This document shows, piece by piece, positions 15,731 through 36,536 of a stretch of 64,000 nucleotides of DNA. This DNA comes from the human T2T-CHM13v2.0 reference genome, Homo sapiens. The notes under the pieces were generated by a model, which saw only the letters and a list, made by a program, of their open reading frames with translations, was not told where the DNA came from and did no database searches. Location of the stretch: assembly GCF_009914755.1 (NCBI RefSeq), contig NC_060925.1, one strand, 5' to 3'. A program made the position numbers and the translations under genes. Every line of letters begins with the position of its first letter. Within the stretch, counting starts at the first letter, position 1.

Positions 15731-16139
15731 ATGAAGCTTTTACAGTTAACTTTATGTACGATAGATGTTCTCATTTTGTTGTAGTGTGTATTCACTTTCT
15801 AATCGTCAAGTTCCAGCTTTTGCCTTAATAACTGCTCCCGGGTTTCCTCTTAATCCTTAATTTTGTTAGCCCTCAACTGTGTTATTGAGCTATGTATTTT
15901 GACTAGTCTTACACATATGTCAAAAATGATACTTAATATAAAGCCACCTATCTATTGGTACACATTCATCCATTTAACAAGTACTAAACTTAATAAGTAC
16001 TAAATTTATTTGCACTAAAGTTATTTGCACAAGAAGTCAATTGTTTTAAAAATTGAGTATGACTATCTATAATCATATAAAAATGACTTTACAATCACTT
16101 TACATTTAATGTCCAAAAACATTTATTTTCAATTACCAA

Positions 16140-16295
16140 AAATTAATTAATGTGTGCTCCATGCTACACTAAGTAATTTATAGATACAGTTTAATTTATT
16201 TCTCATAAATAACATTTAAGAAATGTATGTAAACAATTATATAAAATGATATTGAGACTTAGAAAAAGGTTAAGATACTTGTCATCAACAGACTT
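16140..16295 (-). mobile_element. MIR relic
   Basis: aaatgatattgagacttagaaaaaggttaagatacttg resembles the antisense MIR core. Confidence 0.55.
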
Positions 16296-16792
16296 CACTA
16301 TGTAGGACTGTAAATTGAAACAGTAAAAACAGAGGTTACCTGACAATGAATTAAAAGTACATTTACAGAAATTTTGATTAAGATTTGTTATTGTTGTGCT
16401 TTGTTCCTTTAGTGTGTCTAAATAAAATTGAAATCGTCCAAGGACATAAGTGAAAGCCTTGTTTTTATAGAAAAGCTGAAAAAAAATTTTGTTATCTCTT
16501 TAATAATGCATGAGAGATATATCACTGTTCATGTGGTTTTGTTCATTTAGTTATTTGTTTTACTATCCTACAACCGATTAAGTCTTATTAAAGGCATGAC
16601 TTATGAATTAGTCCAGAGTGGCAAGTGTCAGAAGTGGGGAAGAAACAAAGATGGTGAAAAATATTTAGAGAGAGAGATAGGAAAGAAAATAAAACATCTG
16701 GTCAAATTAAAAATACATTTTATCTCTTTGTACTGAATTATCTATGGAAATAATGATTCAAGCTACAATCCTATTCCATTCTGCTCTAGTCT

Positions 16793-16970
16793 TATTTTTT
16801 TTAATAAAATTATACTGGAATACTGCCACACTCATTTATTTTCATATCATCTATGGATGCTATTGCACTACAGTGGCAGAGCTGAGTAGTTACTGAAGGG
16901 ACTATGTGGCTTCCAAAGCCTAAATTATTTACTTTTAAGGCCTTTACAGAACAAAGTTTGCCATCACTAA
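16793..16970. mobile_element. MER58 (hAT-Charlie) partial
   Basis: gcactacagtggcagagctgagtagtt...aaagcctaaattatttact...tttacagaacaaagtttgcc. Confidence 0.8.
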
Positions 16971-17569
16971 TTCAGATTAAAGAGGGCAAGATTTACTTTG
17001 GATTTAGAATTAAAACTATCAGAAAATGAATATTCCTATTTTATAGCACATTCAAAAATATTTACTTATTTATTTTATGTTACAGATAGACAAATGATAT
17101 TCATTGAGGCTAATTAACATACCCAGTATTCAAAGTTAATAGTCAAAAATTCAAGTATCTGAAAGATTATATAAAATCATTAGGATGAAACTGAAGTTAT
17201 CTAAACACACAGTCTCAAAAAAGAAACACAAATAGTCACTAAGAGAAAAAAGAAAATAATAAAACCTTAATATATGGCTATGTAATAGGTTTAAGTGCTA
17301 AATTTTTTGGAATATGAACAATTTGTGAATAATTTTCACGACCAGTTCTGAAACTTCTCAGAAACATGTAGAGCAAAAAGCCAGATTCCATACAAACTTT
17401 TGAATTAAAATAATGATTAAAGAAATTTTAATATGAATATACAGTTTTTCATTTCATTTTCTTCAAACTGTGTAAATCATTTTAGAACATTAGCAACAAA
17501 AGATTCACACTCATTTTTATTTTCTTCCTGGTTAAATAATAAATAGATTGACACACAAGAGGGCATTCT

Positions 17570-17872
17570 GGTCAGGTGCAGTGGTTCACGCCTGTAATCC
17601 CAACACTTTGGGAGGCTGAGGTGGTTGGATCACCTGAGGTCAAGAGTTTGAGACCAGCCTGGTCAATATGATGAAACCCTGTCTCTACTAAAAATACAAA
17701 CAATTAGTGGGGCATGGTGGCAAGTGCCAGGAATCCCAGTTACTCAGGAGGTTGAGACAGGAGAATCGCTTGATCCTGGGAGGCGGAAGTTGCAGTGAGC
17801 CTAGTTCATGCCACTGCACTCCAGCCTGGGCAACAAGAGCGAAATTCCGTCTCGAAAGAAAATTTAAAAAAA
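17570..17872 (+). mobile_element. AluSq/Sx
   Basis: Full-length Alu; TSD aagagggcattct / aagaggccattct. Confidence 0.92.
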
Positions 17873-18119
17873 GAGGCCATTCTGTGACATTCTCTGGCAA
17901 TACGTAAGTTTTGAAAATAAATATAGTCTAAATCAACAGAAAATAAGTAAGTGTCTTAGGAAAGAAGAAGTTGATATAAATTCCACTATATCACCAAATG
18001 AGATAAAGATTGAAAATGCAAAATAGTGTATAAACTGATGATTAATATACATGTTGAGAATAAATTTTGACTTCATTTGAACTTCATATTCTCTTGGTAA
18101 AAATACTGTGGTTCCCTTC

Positions 18120-18318
18120 TAAGGTTGCCAGATGAAACATAAAATATTTAGTCACATTTCAATTTCGGTAAACAACAAAAAAGTTTTTTAGTACAAGTAT
18201 GTCCCCCCAGTATTCACAGGGAATACCTATATTATAAGAAAAAAACAAGTGTTGTTTATCTGAAATGCAAATTTCACTTGCTTTTCTGTATAATTATTTC
18301 CTATAATCTAAAAACATT
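18120..18318. mobile_element. MER53 palindromic hAT MITE
   Basis: aggttgccagat start; internal inverted arms taaacaac / gttgttta; central tacaagtatgtccc. Confidence 0.8.
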
Positions 18319-18749
18319 ATATTCCCTGCCTAATTCTGCTTATGCATTTCAGTAGTAATATTGAATACCTTGTACTAATACTTACCCACAATTCAGCTTC
18401 AGTGTTCCTGAATAACATCAGTTAAAAAAGCAAGCAAAGCAAACAAAATGTGCAATTGTAAGTTTGTAAATTGATATTTAAAAAATATACTGATTTCTCA
18501 AGAGAAGCACATATTTTCTTTAAACCAAAAGTTGTACTAAGGGAGGAGGAGGCTATGTAGTAAAAACATACAGCATTACTTTCATCTCGGTGATTAAAAG
18601 TTTATGAGAGTCTGCTTAACCATGGCAGATTTAGAATAAAAAATGGAAAATTTATGAAAAAAACAAATCAATAAATAAGAGGATTTTATATATTAATAAA
18701 GTGTCAGAAAAAATGTAAAATTGAATAATGGATTAGAGAATGTCTGGAG

Positions 18750-19170
18750 GTCTCTATCTGCAAGTAACTGAAGCTGTTTCTCATTTAATGGAAAATTTAT
18801 GTAGATGTGGGAATACTCAAAGAATTTTTGAGAAGTCTGGTGAATTGGGTTCAGAAAATAGGACAGAAATGAAGAGTGATACTATGCAGCCAGAAACACA
18901 GCAATGGCAAAGATATTGAATTAGCGCCTGAATGCGGGGCTGCTGGTACTGACTGCAGAATCACAGCACCGGCACTGCTGACGCTGCCTACCCTGGAAAC
19001 TTGATAGTGTTGCTGCTTCTACTATGTCTCTTAGAACACATTTTGTATTCTCCCGAGAGTCACTAGGAAACTTTATTCAAAATGAATACATCTAATGAGC
19101 TGAGATTATGTCAGTGCAGAGTACAAGGGAAATTGAGGACATAATATTCGGGGTTTCCAGCTATTATATC
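18750..19170 (-). mobile_element. Ancient MaLR LTR (MLT1N/M-like)
   Basis: tgcaagtaac start, actgctgacgctgcc repeats and catctaatgagctgag motif typical of old MLT1. Confidence 0.5.
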
Positions 19171-19659
19171 AGGAAGCAGGCTCCATCTCCCATCTAGAGA
19201 GAGGAACTTCAAAAATCATTAAACCATTCCAGATTTTGGACAGATAAAAAGTAGAGGAAGAGAGAGGAGGAGGAAAGAAAAAAGAGTGAGAAAAAGGAAG
19301 GAGAGAATGGGAGGCGAGGAGGAGGGAAAGAAAAAATATATTCCTAGGTGTATGGGAACATCTGACCGACCTGAGCTGTGACCACACAAATACATAGGAA
19401 TGAACTACTAAAATCCTTCCAATAATTGCTTTGTAGAAATCTTGAACAGCAAAGACAAATGACTTGAGATGGGAATGAATTTGGTGTGTTAAAATAATTA
19501 GGAATACAGGATGGTTCTTATGGCTCAAACCTGAAGGACTGACTCCTCTTTGCTGGGTGACGTGACTGCTGTGATAGACAGGATGCTCAGACCCCTCAGA
19601 ATTTTGCATGTCACAGTAAAACTTTGGATTTTATTTAAGGTAAGTTATTCAATATATTA

Positions 19660-20500
19660 TTGCCCTATTTTTTAAAAAATATTTTTGTCTGTTTGTCCTG
19701 TAATTATTTTTTGTAAAAGGATAATTTTAAAATGATTTAGTTTTAAAATATCACTCCACTGGAAATTGACTTGGGACATAGAGTGAAAAGAGGTAGATGA
19801 ATTAGGAGCCTTTTGAATTATATAGAGAAAAGTATATGGTGGCTTGGATGGGGTTAAGATTTTGAAATAATGAGATGTACACTCACAGACTAGAAGACTG
19901 ACTAAAGAAGCCGAAGGAGTTAATGGAATCTAGATACCTTTGAAGTTTATGTCTTTAGTAAATATACAGATAACATGTAATCTACATTGAGGTTGGTAAT
20001 TCTGGAACTGGAGCATGTTTGGAGGGGATTGTAAAAGATGTGGTCTGTTTTGGGGACATTAAGTTTCACATGCTTATATAGACATCTGAGTAGATGCATA
20101 GGCTTAGTAGTTAGATTTAGAACTCAAGGATCAAATCAAGATTAAAGCAATACATTTTAATATTACATATAAATTGCTTTACTTATAGCCATTACTGTGT
20201 GAAAGTCTGAATAGAGAAAGATACATTCTCTCCAACATATTAAAGTCAGATAAAAGCACGTTGAGCATATGAGACTTTTCAAAAAGAATGAAGTTGGTGA
20301 TAAACAAGGAAGTCAAGAAAAGAAAGTGTTTTAAGACAGAAGTAGTACATAATTGTGGCAGAGACTTCGAAAGGTTGAAAAAGATGAAAACATTTGATAT
20401 CCAGTAGATTTTGACAATGCAATGTACTGGTTGTTTTTTAAAACTATTAAGAAAAGATAAGTGAATTAAAATGTTTTATTTAAATGAGTTGAAGAAGGAA
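19660..20500 (-). mobile_element. L2 relic
   Basis: atggtggcttggatgggg, ttttggggacattaagtttcacatgcttatatagacatc. Confidence 0.65.
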
Positions 20501-20695
20501 AATGTTGGTTGGCAGGAAATTTTTTGTTCATCTACTTAGTATAGAAATACATGTCCCCAGTTAATGGAAAAATATCTGATAGTGTTAATAATACTTGCTG
20601 ATACTTATTAACATGCTAGCGTGCATAATGTTATTTTCATGCTCAGGCAATCCTGTGATATAGCTGGGACAAATATAGAACAAATCTATATGAAC

Positions 20696-20959
20696 TTTTT
20701 TTTTTTTTTTTTTAAGATGGAGTCTCTCTCTGTCGCTCAGGCTGGAGTGCAGTCGCGCGATCTCGGCTCACTGCAAGCTCTGCCTCCTGGGTTCACGCCA
20801 TTCTCCTGCCTCAGCCTCCTGAGTAGCTGGGACTACAGGCGTCCGCCACCACACCTGGCTAATTTTTTGTATTTTTAGTAGAGACGGGATTTCACCGTTA
20901 GCCAGGATGTTCTCGATCTCCTGACCTCATGATCCACCCTCCTTGGCCTCCCAAAGTGC
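20696..20959 (-). mobile_element. AluY, missing about 30 nt at its 5' end
   Basis: Y diagnostics gcaagctc, ttcacgccattctc, tctcgatctcc; TSD atgaac. Confidence 0.93.
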
Positions 20960-21264
20960 ATGAACCTATTTTTATGTTAAAAAATGAATTAGAAGAATGA
21001 AGTGATTTAACCTGTTTTTCACACCCAGTAAATTATTGAGCAAGAATTGTAGCTTAGTGTTGTCTTTTTAGCTTTAATGTTCTTTCTGCAATACAATGTC
21101 TCTTGCTATACATATATACATATATACAGACACACACATATATACATATCTTTATATATTATATTCATATATATGGAAAATTTTAGGTTATTATTCCAAT
21201 AATAATAACCTAAGGTAGATGAATTAGGAGCACTATTTTCAAAAAGCCAGTAAAGTGACATAAT

Positions 21265-21450
21265 TAAGAACTTGCACGTTCACATCAGTTGGCTGGTATA
21301 TGATGTCCAGATTAGCCATTTATTAGCTATGTGACTTTGGAAATTTACTTGGGTTGGTTTCCCAATATACAAAAGTGGATTAGCAATAATTAATTATTGG
21401 TTTTACTTTAAGTTTAAAATGAAATAATAGTGTCAACTCTGTGCTATGCT
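21265..21450 (+). mobile_element. MIR
   Basis: ccatttattagctatgtgactttggaaatttactt core. Confidence 0.7.
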
Positions 21451-23539
21451 AGATTTTTAAAATTCAAAATAAAAATAAACACAAAATAATAATTATTTAA
21501 TTGATAAAGTGAGTTAAGTACCCTTATAAATGGTGCTTAGCTTCTTCCTATTAAAAAACGTCTTTAGCAATGTACTAGAATTTTAGAAGATTATTCCTAA
21601 ATTAAAAAGCTGTTCTCCAAGTTTTGGTTATTTTTGCACTGATATTAAGAATATAATTGTTAATGCAAGTTGTTTGGAAATGCAGATTTTCTAAGAACAA
21701 ATTTCAAGATTGTTTTACTGAAATGGCTTTGTACACTGTTTTTAATTAGTTTGTAATAATTATAATTCATAAGATATCTCCTCACTTATGAACCTAGAAA
21801 AATTTGTTTCATGCCATAAATTGAGCAATACAAGATGAAGTGTAGCTTTTTATGTTTAAAGGTTATACTCTGTATGGTAATTGAGTTACATTGGTTCAAA
21901 ATTCTGAACGTGAATTTTAACAATTGATGAGAATATTTCTGTCTTCTGCATACTGGGTGGTTTTATAATGGGTACAACTTAGAGCCAGTTATTTAGAGAT
22001 TTCCTATAACGAAATCTATTTATTTTTAGTTAAGATACTTGAGATAATTAAAAAGTTATCTGCATTGTAGAATAAAATTAGTTGGTGACATGTGGATTAA
22101 GAAACTGTTTTTCTCTGAAAATGTTGCAAGTTGTCATGATGGGAATATGCTAAGTCAATTGATGCTTAAATTGATATAAAATTATGGCACATTTATTACC
22201 GAAACAACGTAATTATTGGGGTAAATGTATAATGTGTTTCTAGAGCATTTTCTCAAGGAGAATTAGGGGAAAATGCTATAGGCTTCCCTTATTGTGCTAA
22301 AATAAGAGATGTAGGAATGAGAGATGGTAGACACATTTTGATTTTGTGGGATTAGTGTCATTTGATGATCATTAACATGGGTTATCTCTTCATAGTGAAG
22401 AACTGGAGTTTGATACAAACATTATTCACTTCACCCTGTACTGTACTCCTCTTTATTAAAGCAGCACATCCCCATATCTACAACTTATAGCAAATTTATA
22501 CCTATATCTTACAACAAACTTTATTAATTTGTTTTGAAAAAGTGATATTTACATCATGGAACTTCTAATTGCTAAGTAATGTTTTCCTTTTTTCCTTGCT
22601 TTTTTTTTAAAATAAGTTATGTTGTAAAATAATTTTATAGGACTCAATTATATAAATCACAAATAAATTGTATATATTTGTGATCATATTTTTTGACCAT
22701 TCAAACTATTTTAACCTACAGTAAATAATATCAAGGAGACAGTGAAGTTTATTTTGTGCTATATTATTAATATCACTTCAGTAAATGAATATGGTATTTG
22801 CTAAATACCACAGTAAATACATCAGTTTATTTACATAAAGCAATGTTAGTTTGGGATCGACTATATTTATGGCACCAAATAAAATGTTAAAACATTTTGG
22901 ATTGTTGTCATTGAAATAAAGTTATCGATTATTTTAGCAAGAAATATAAAGATTATTTGTCAATCCGGTTCTGTCTGCTTTATATGTATTGAAGATTAAA
23001 GTTCAGAATATAGGAGAAAACATATGTAGGAAAATAAAACAAATAAGGGATCTCATGTATGCTTTGAATATATTTGAAAACTGATTTTTTTCATAAATGC
23101 CATAATTTAGATATAAAATAAAATGTAGAGAGAAGATAATAATCTTTTAAGCAATGGAATAGCACTGACTTTAAAAAGCTAATTGTTTTTAAACAATTAA
23201 TAAGGTCAAATACCTAGGTTACTCTAAAGGGATTATTATCTATAAGGAATTGACTATATTTTTATTAGGTAAGCTTATATAATTTGTCTTCTGTTCTTTT
23301 TCAAACCAAAATAAGTAGAGATAATTAAAATTGTCCAAAATTCAGTCAGACTCTCTAATAAAATAACCAAGACATATGATTTTTAAAGGATAAGAGCAAC
23401 ATTTAAAACACTCCTTAAATAGTGTAATAAAAATATACCATTTATCAGTTTCCTAGTAGTAAATTTTCCAAACAATGTGTATCAACGGTATGCAAGAAAT
23501 TATGTTCACAATGAGTTGCTAGATTACCTATATTTAAGT

Positions 23540-24470
23540 GGAGATTTATTCCCATATAAATTAAAGGTATTGTTTCTGAATGAAATAAAAAGAATTACAG
23601 TAGGATATTTTGAACAACAGGGTGGCATTATTCTAAAATTTGCGTTAAATAACAGATCTCATTGTTTCAAGAAGACATTGTTGAGACAAATCAGTATGGT
23701 TGGGAGATTTTTTCTACCAAGATTGAAAACTCAGACCATGCTCTGACATGTAAGAGAGTGTGATATTAATATAGTGATTGCCAGCAAGTTAAAGGGAACA
23801 GAGTACCTAGAAGTAGACCCCAGGCCATATATAAACATGAAATATGATAGAATTAACATCACAGATCAGTAAGAAAGAATGTTCAGTAATGAAGTTAAGG
23901 CAAAGACTTATGCATAGCAGAAATGTTAAAATGAAATAATGTTTCTAACTTATGCCACACATAAAATCCAATTCTCCAAACACAAAACAATCAGACAAGA
24001 AATACAGTACAACTGTTTACTATATATAAAATATCTGAAGAAATTCTACAGATCAACGAACATATAAATAACCCACTTAAGTGACTGACCAATCTACGGA
24101 CAGTCATTTTAATGAAGAAAGTAGTATGACTAATATCCTTAGAAAGAGATGTGATTAAAAAAACATAAAGAAAGACTATATAATAAGGTAGTATATTTTA
24201 CCCACTCACTTGGAAAAATTATAATATCTGATAATATCAAAAATTTATAATTTATTTAAACTGTGATCTTTTCTTAAGTTGTTAAAGCAAATGGAGTGTA
24301 GAGTGTGATCTTGTTAAAGTTAGGGGTCAGTATAAAATTGATGGGCGGGATTTAGACTACAATTATAATCATTCTGAAATTGTCTTTCTGTTTTCTATTT
24401 CTAATATCTAGAAGAGAAATTTTTAAGAATAATCAAGGTATGACTTTTATACCTTTTATGTTATATTCTC
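23540..24470 (+). mobile_element. Old L1M ORF2/3' region
   Basis: ggaacagagtacctagaagtagaccc...atatgataga and related degenerate ORF2 motifs. Confidence 0.65.
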
Positions 24471-25429
24471 CAACATCTATTTATAAAAAAGTATACTCTA
24501 GATCACATTGTTCTAGCTATTTAGTAGGTATAGCTATTAGCTTTAGCGTCAAGCAAACCCTATTACTGCAACTTGTGCCTGTAATATGAAGCACTAGTAG
24601 ACTATGCTATAGTACTCACAAAAATAATGCTAGATAAAATATAACAAAAATATCTGTTGAAATGTATGCCTCGAGTCACAAAATAAAAGGAAATTTTATA
24701 TTTCACAAGAAAATTAAGAGCTGAATGACATAGCATTGACTCAGAAGCTAATGTTCCTGCAGCTACTCTGTGGAATTATTGGATCCATGAACTAACAACT
24801 TGGGCTTTACTGCCTACATATGGCCTGGGCAAAGGTTTTGAGACTCAACCTAACATTATATATAGTGCTAAAATATTCTAGGGTGAGAGGATATAGAGTC
24901 ACTTTACAAAAGCTAAATAGTGTTTAATGCTCACAATTTTTGGCATGTAAAAAAAATTAAAGGATAACCTTCATGAAGAACAAAATGTAGTAATTGAATG
25001 CAGTTAGTGATGGTGAGAAGAAAGCGGGGGCAGATATGTAGACAAAAAAAGATTATGATGATGATGACGGTGATTACTTTGAGGCTGCTGTTTAAAAATA
25101 CATAAATATATATCTGATAAGAGTAAAACAGGATTTGAAGGAGTAATTGAAGGGAAAGCCTTTTAAGAACAGTGCATTTTACAAGAAATACTCTTGCGGA
25201 TCCTGCATTTCTCCAGCTGTATCTTGAGTCACTCTCTATTGATTTTCAAAATCCCACTGTTCTTTCCTTGTATTTCTTCCAAAATACCATATGTTCTCCC
25301 ATCCTAAGCCTTATACATATTTGACTGCCTAAAATATATTACCCTATTATTTTACTACTTTTCTCATATCTCAAATCTATTATTTTTCAGTGAAGCTTTC
25401 ACTGATAACATCGAACATATTTGAGTTTT

Positions 25430-25630
25430 AGGTAGTTGTTTAGAACTCAAGTTCTGGCCCACAATGTCTGGAATTATTCCTAGTTCAGCCACTTAATAGC
25501 TATATGGCTTTGGGTAAGTATGTTACCATTTCTGTATTTCAGTTTTCCTCACAGTATGGTTGTTTGAGGATAAAATAGTTAAGATATATAAAATAATTTG
25601 AATAGTGTTGGAAACATAGTTAAAGTTGAA
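25430..25630 (+). mobile_element. MIR
   Basis: ccacttaatagctatatggctttgggtaagt...tttcagttttcctca. Confidence 0.75.
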
Positions 25631-25739
25631 TCATAGTTTTAATACTTGCAACATATCAAAAATCATTATTCTTTTATAGCACAATTATATCATTCTTGTC
25701 TCACTAAGATAAGTTATCACTGTAATTCTTTTCTTGGAT

Positions 25740-25880
25740 AATTTGATTTATTTCTACTTCACTCACCAGCCTTTAGCCTCCATGAGGTCAGGTACTATGC
25801 ATGTTCTTGGTCACCAGTTCCTTACTACACATAGCACTGAAAAAAGTTCATGCTAAATGTCTAGTCAATTAATGAATTAA
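25740..25880 (+). mobile_element. L2 3' end
   Basis: ctccatgaggtcagg...aaatgtctagtcaattaatgaat. Confidence 0.6.
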
Positions 25881-26201
25881 ACCATGTATTATTTGTCTTT
25901 GCCATGATCTTTTCTAAAATAATTTAAACATTTAGAAACTGAATGACTTGGGAATAGGAAACATAGTCTTCTATAAATCCATGAAATATAAACCTGGGCT
26001 GCTCCTGTATCATGGAGCTCTATGCAAAGCAATTATTTTCAGAGACTTCTGGACCTATGTACTGACTAGGCAAGAAAAAGAGATGAAGAGCTAATGTTGT
26101 AGATTCCCAGTGCCTGCCTATAGAGGTCAGATGACACAACTAGATATGTAGAGGAGTTAAGAGTTAAGGAGTACAGGGATGGACTTTTTCAATCAAATAT
26201 T

Positions 26202-26840
26202 GTATTAGTTTGTGTTGCTGTATAACAAATTTTCACAAACACAATGGCTTAAAGAAAGATAAACCTGTTTTTCATAGTTTTGATGATCCAGGAGCCTCAG
26301 CACAGTTTAGTTAGGTCCTCTGTTCAGGTTCTCACAGGGCTGCAATCAAGGTGTCCCCTGGACTGCATTTCCATCTGCAGGCTTGGCTGGGGAAGAATCT
26401 GCTTCCAACTCATTTAGGCCTTTGGCGTAATTTACTCCCTTGCAGCTCTATGACTCGGGATCCTCACTTCCCATGGTTGTTGGCTGGAGGCCACCCTCAG
26501 GTTCTAGGGACTGTCCTCATTTCCCTACCCAGTGACCCTCATTATAGCAGTTTATAATACGGCCCTTTGCTTCTTTAAGGACATCAGAAAAATATGTTTC
26601 TATAGTCTACTAAGAAAAATTCATAACCAGTGAGACATAATCACCTTAATGATTATTTGTATCATCCCATTTTATGACATGAGTGACATCTGATCATGGT
26701 TGTGATAGAATGTAACCTAATCAAGCAAGCAATAATCTTTTCACCTTCAGTTATAAGCAAGTCACAGTTTCCACCTGACAATGAATGGGAAGGACCTATC
26801 AGATAATGTATTCAACCCCTTTCCTATTGGTCTGCCCTAG
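26202..26840 (-). mobile_element. MaLR LTR (MLT1E-like)
   Basis: tgtattagtt...ggctggggaagaatctgcttccaa...gttggctggaggccaccctcag. Confidence 0.8.
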
Positions 26841-26938
26841 GACAAAGTGAGCTATTGTGTTTATTAAAGAAGCCACTTGAAATGAAGCAGTCAGTGGTAC
26901 CAGTTAAGAAGCTGTGGCCAGTTCATTACCTTCCTGGA

Positions 26939-27360
26939 TTTTTTTTCTACTTTTATTTTAGATTCAGGAGATACGCTTGCAGGTTTTTTACCTGTATGTG
27001 TTACATGATGCTGAAGTTTGGAGTACAAATGATCTCATTACTCAGGAACTGAGCATAGTACTCAACAAATAGATTTTCAATCTTTGCTTCTTTCCCTCCC
27101 TTACTGCTCTAGTAATCCCCAGTTTCTATTGTTACCATCTTTGTGTTTATGACTATCCATTGTTTAACTCCCACTTATAAGTGAGAACATTGCGATGTTT
27201 GGTTTTCTGTTCCCACATTAATTTGCTTAGGATAATGTCCTCCAGCTGCATCCATACTGTTGCAAAGGACATGATCTCATTTTTTTTATGGCTGCATTGT
27301 ACACCATGGTATATGTGTACCACATTTTCTTCATCCAGTCTACCATTGCTGGGTACCATA
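26939..27360 (-). mobile_element. L1 3' end (L1PA15/16-like)
   Basis: ctcccacttataagtgagaacat...ccagctgcatccat...gcaaaggacatgat. Confidence 0.88.
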
Positions 27361-28184
27361 TTGGTTGTCTTCTTGGTTTTAATCTCTCTTTCTCTACCTC
27401 CCATCTACTTTCTTCTTAACTCTCCTTTTCTGAGATTTGAGCATATTACAATTTTGTAAAAAAAAAATTAAAGACAGGTTCAAGACAATTGTCCAGCTAC
27501 ATGACATTGTAAATGTCAGTGAGCCTCTATGAAAGCATTAAAGGAGACTGGCATCTCTTGCAGCTGTGGGGTTACTTGGCCAACAATCTGGTTTAGAAAC
27601 TAATAATAAGAGTGACAGAACTGCAAATGAAACAAAATGTTCACACTCACTGATATCTCATATCAAAATCTGAACCTTCCATATGGGATTTGTAGGTCAC
27701 TGGGAAAAGGAATGGCAATGAACAAAATAATTTTGAGTCTCTAAATTTCTCAGCTGGCAGAAATCATCTCATTTGCCTTTACAGAGGAAAAGAGACATCT
27801 ATTTTTGGGAGAAACATAAAGCCAAGATGGTACAAGACGTTTGCATTTTCTTTCCTCCTCCATCAACCCTGCTTTCTACAGGCCAGTGATAAGGGAATTT
27901 TTAACTGAAGTCCAAGCAAAGCAGTGCAACCTCTGTTCCAGAAAGAAATACCATACAAACTAAACAAAGTGTGTGTCCTTGGTAATAGTTACCATAAAGA
28001 ACTGGGGTTGCATCTGTGAGAATCTATTGTGTTGGTGTCTGACTGGAGAGGTGGATGGGATGTAAAGCTGTATTGGGAAGAATTTCTTGACATGGGTTAT
28101 TCAATCATGATTCAAGATTCAACGTTTGGCAAAAACATCTTGAGTGATTCTAATTGTGAACAAAATGAATAAATATTGTAGTTC

Positions 28185-28950
28185 AACATTAATTTATGTA
28201 ACAAATTAATGACCATACCCTATACCAAGCATTGCTCAGGACACATGGTAATATTATAAAATAAAAACTATTTTCATGGAGCTTACGTTGCATAGGAAGA
28301 GAGTTAGAAAATATATAACATGCATAATAAATAAGTATGTTATTTTGCTATGAGGCTATAACTGTTATAAAATTGGAGCAGGATCAGGTCCAGCGGGAGT
28401 TCTAAGAATCATGTTTGAAAATCCAAATATGTTTGTCAGGACAGTAATCTATGTAAAGTTAACATATGAATAAAATCTTGAATACAATGAAAAAGTTAAG
28501 CACTGAAGGTCTGGAAAAAAATGTGTTACATGAAATAAGAATGAGTAAAAAGACACTAAGTTTGGAGGGTGCCTCGCTTGGTTAAGGAACAACACAAAGG
28601 CCAGTGTCTGAAGCAAAGTTAAGTTACCAAAAGCAAGAAGAGAAGAGATAAGCTCAGAGAGTGAAGAGAGTAAGGCCATGGAGGGACAAACTTTTATAAT
28701 GATTTTGGCCTGACTCAACATTAAAAGGAGAGCTCTCTGGAGAGTTTCAAGTAGGGGAGAGTTTATATACCTTAAAGGAATTAATCTGGCTATATGTAAT
28801 ATTAGATACTGTATATATGTGTGTGGAGTATAGGGGGAGCCAATGTGAGACCAGTTAGCAATGTATCATAGGAGACCAAGTGAGGCATAATGATAGCTTG
28901 GATCTAGAGGTAAATGGAGATGGTAAATGGAGATGCTAAGATATTTGGAA
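28185..28950 (-). mobile_element. L2 relic
   Basis: ttcatggagcttac, ggttaaggaacaacacaaaggccagtgt, tgatagcttggatctagagg. Confidence 0.7.
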
Positions 28951-28957
28951 ACGTAAC

Positions 28958-31766
<2,809 letters not shown>

Positions 31767-31775
31767 CTAAAATCA

Positions 31776-32500
<725 letters not shown>

Positions 32501-32516
32501 ATGCACACTATCATTT

Positions 32517-36536
<4,020 letters not shown>

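Noticed and set aside
18120-18318. Long imperfect hairpin
   Set aside because: Explained by the palindromic MER53 MITE
19169-19609. 146-aa ORF
   Set aside because: Spans a purine-rich low-complexity tract; no recognisable protein features
28909-28935. Short 12-13 bp tandem duplications (also about 39835-39858 and 48877-48900)
   Set aside because: Common slippage events with no further structure
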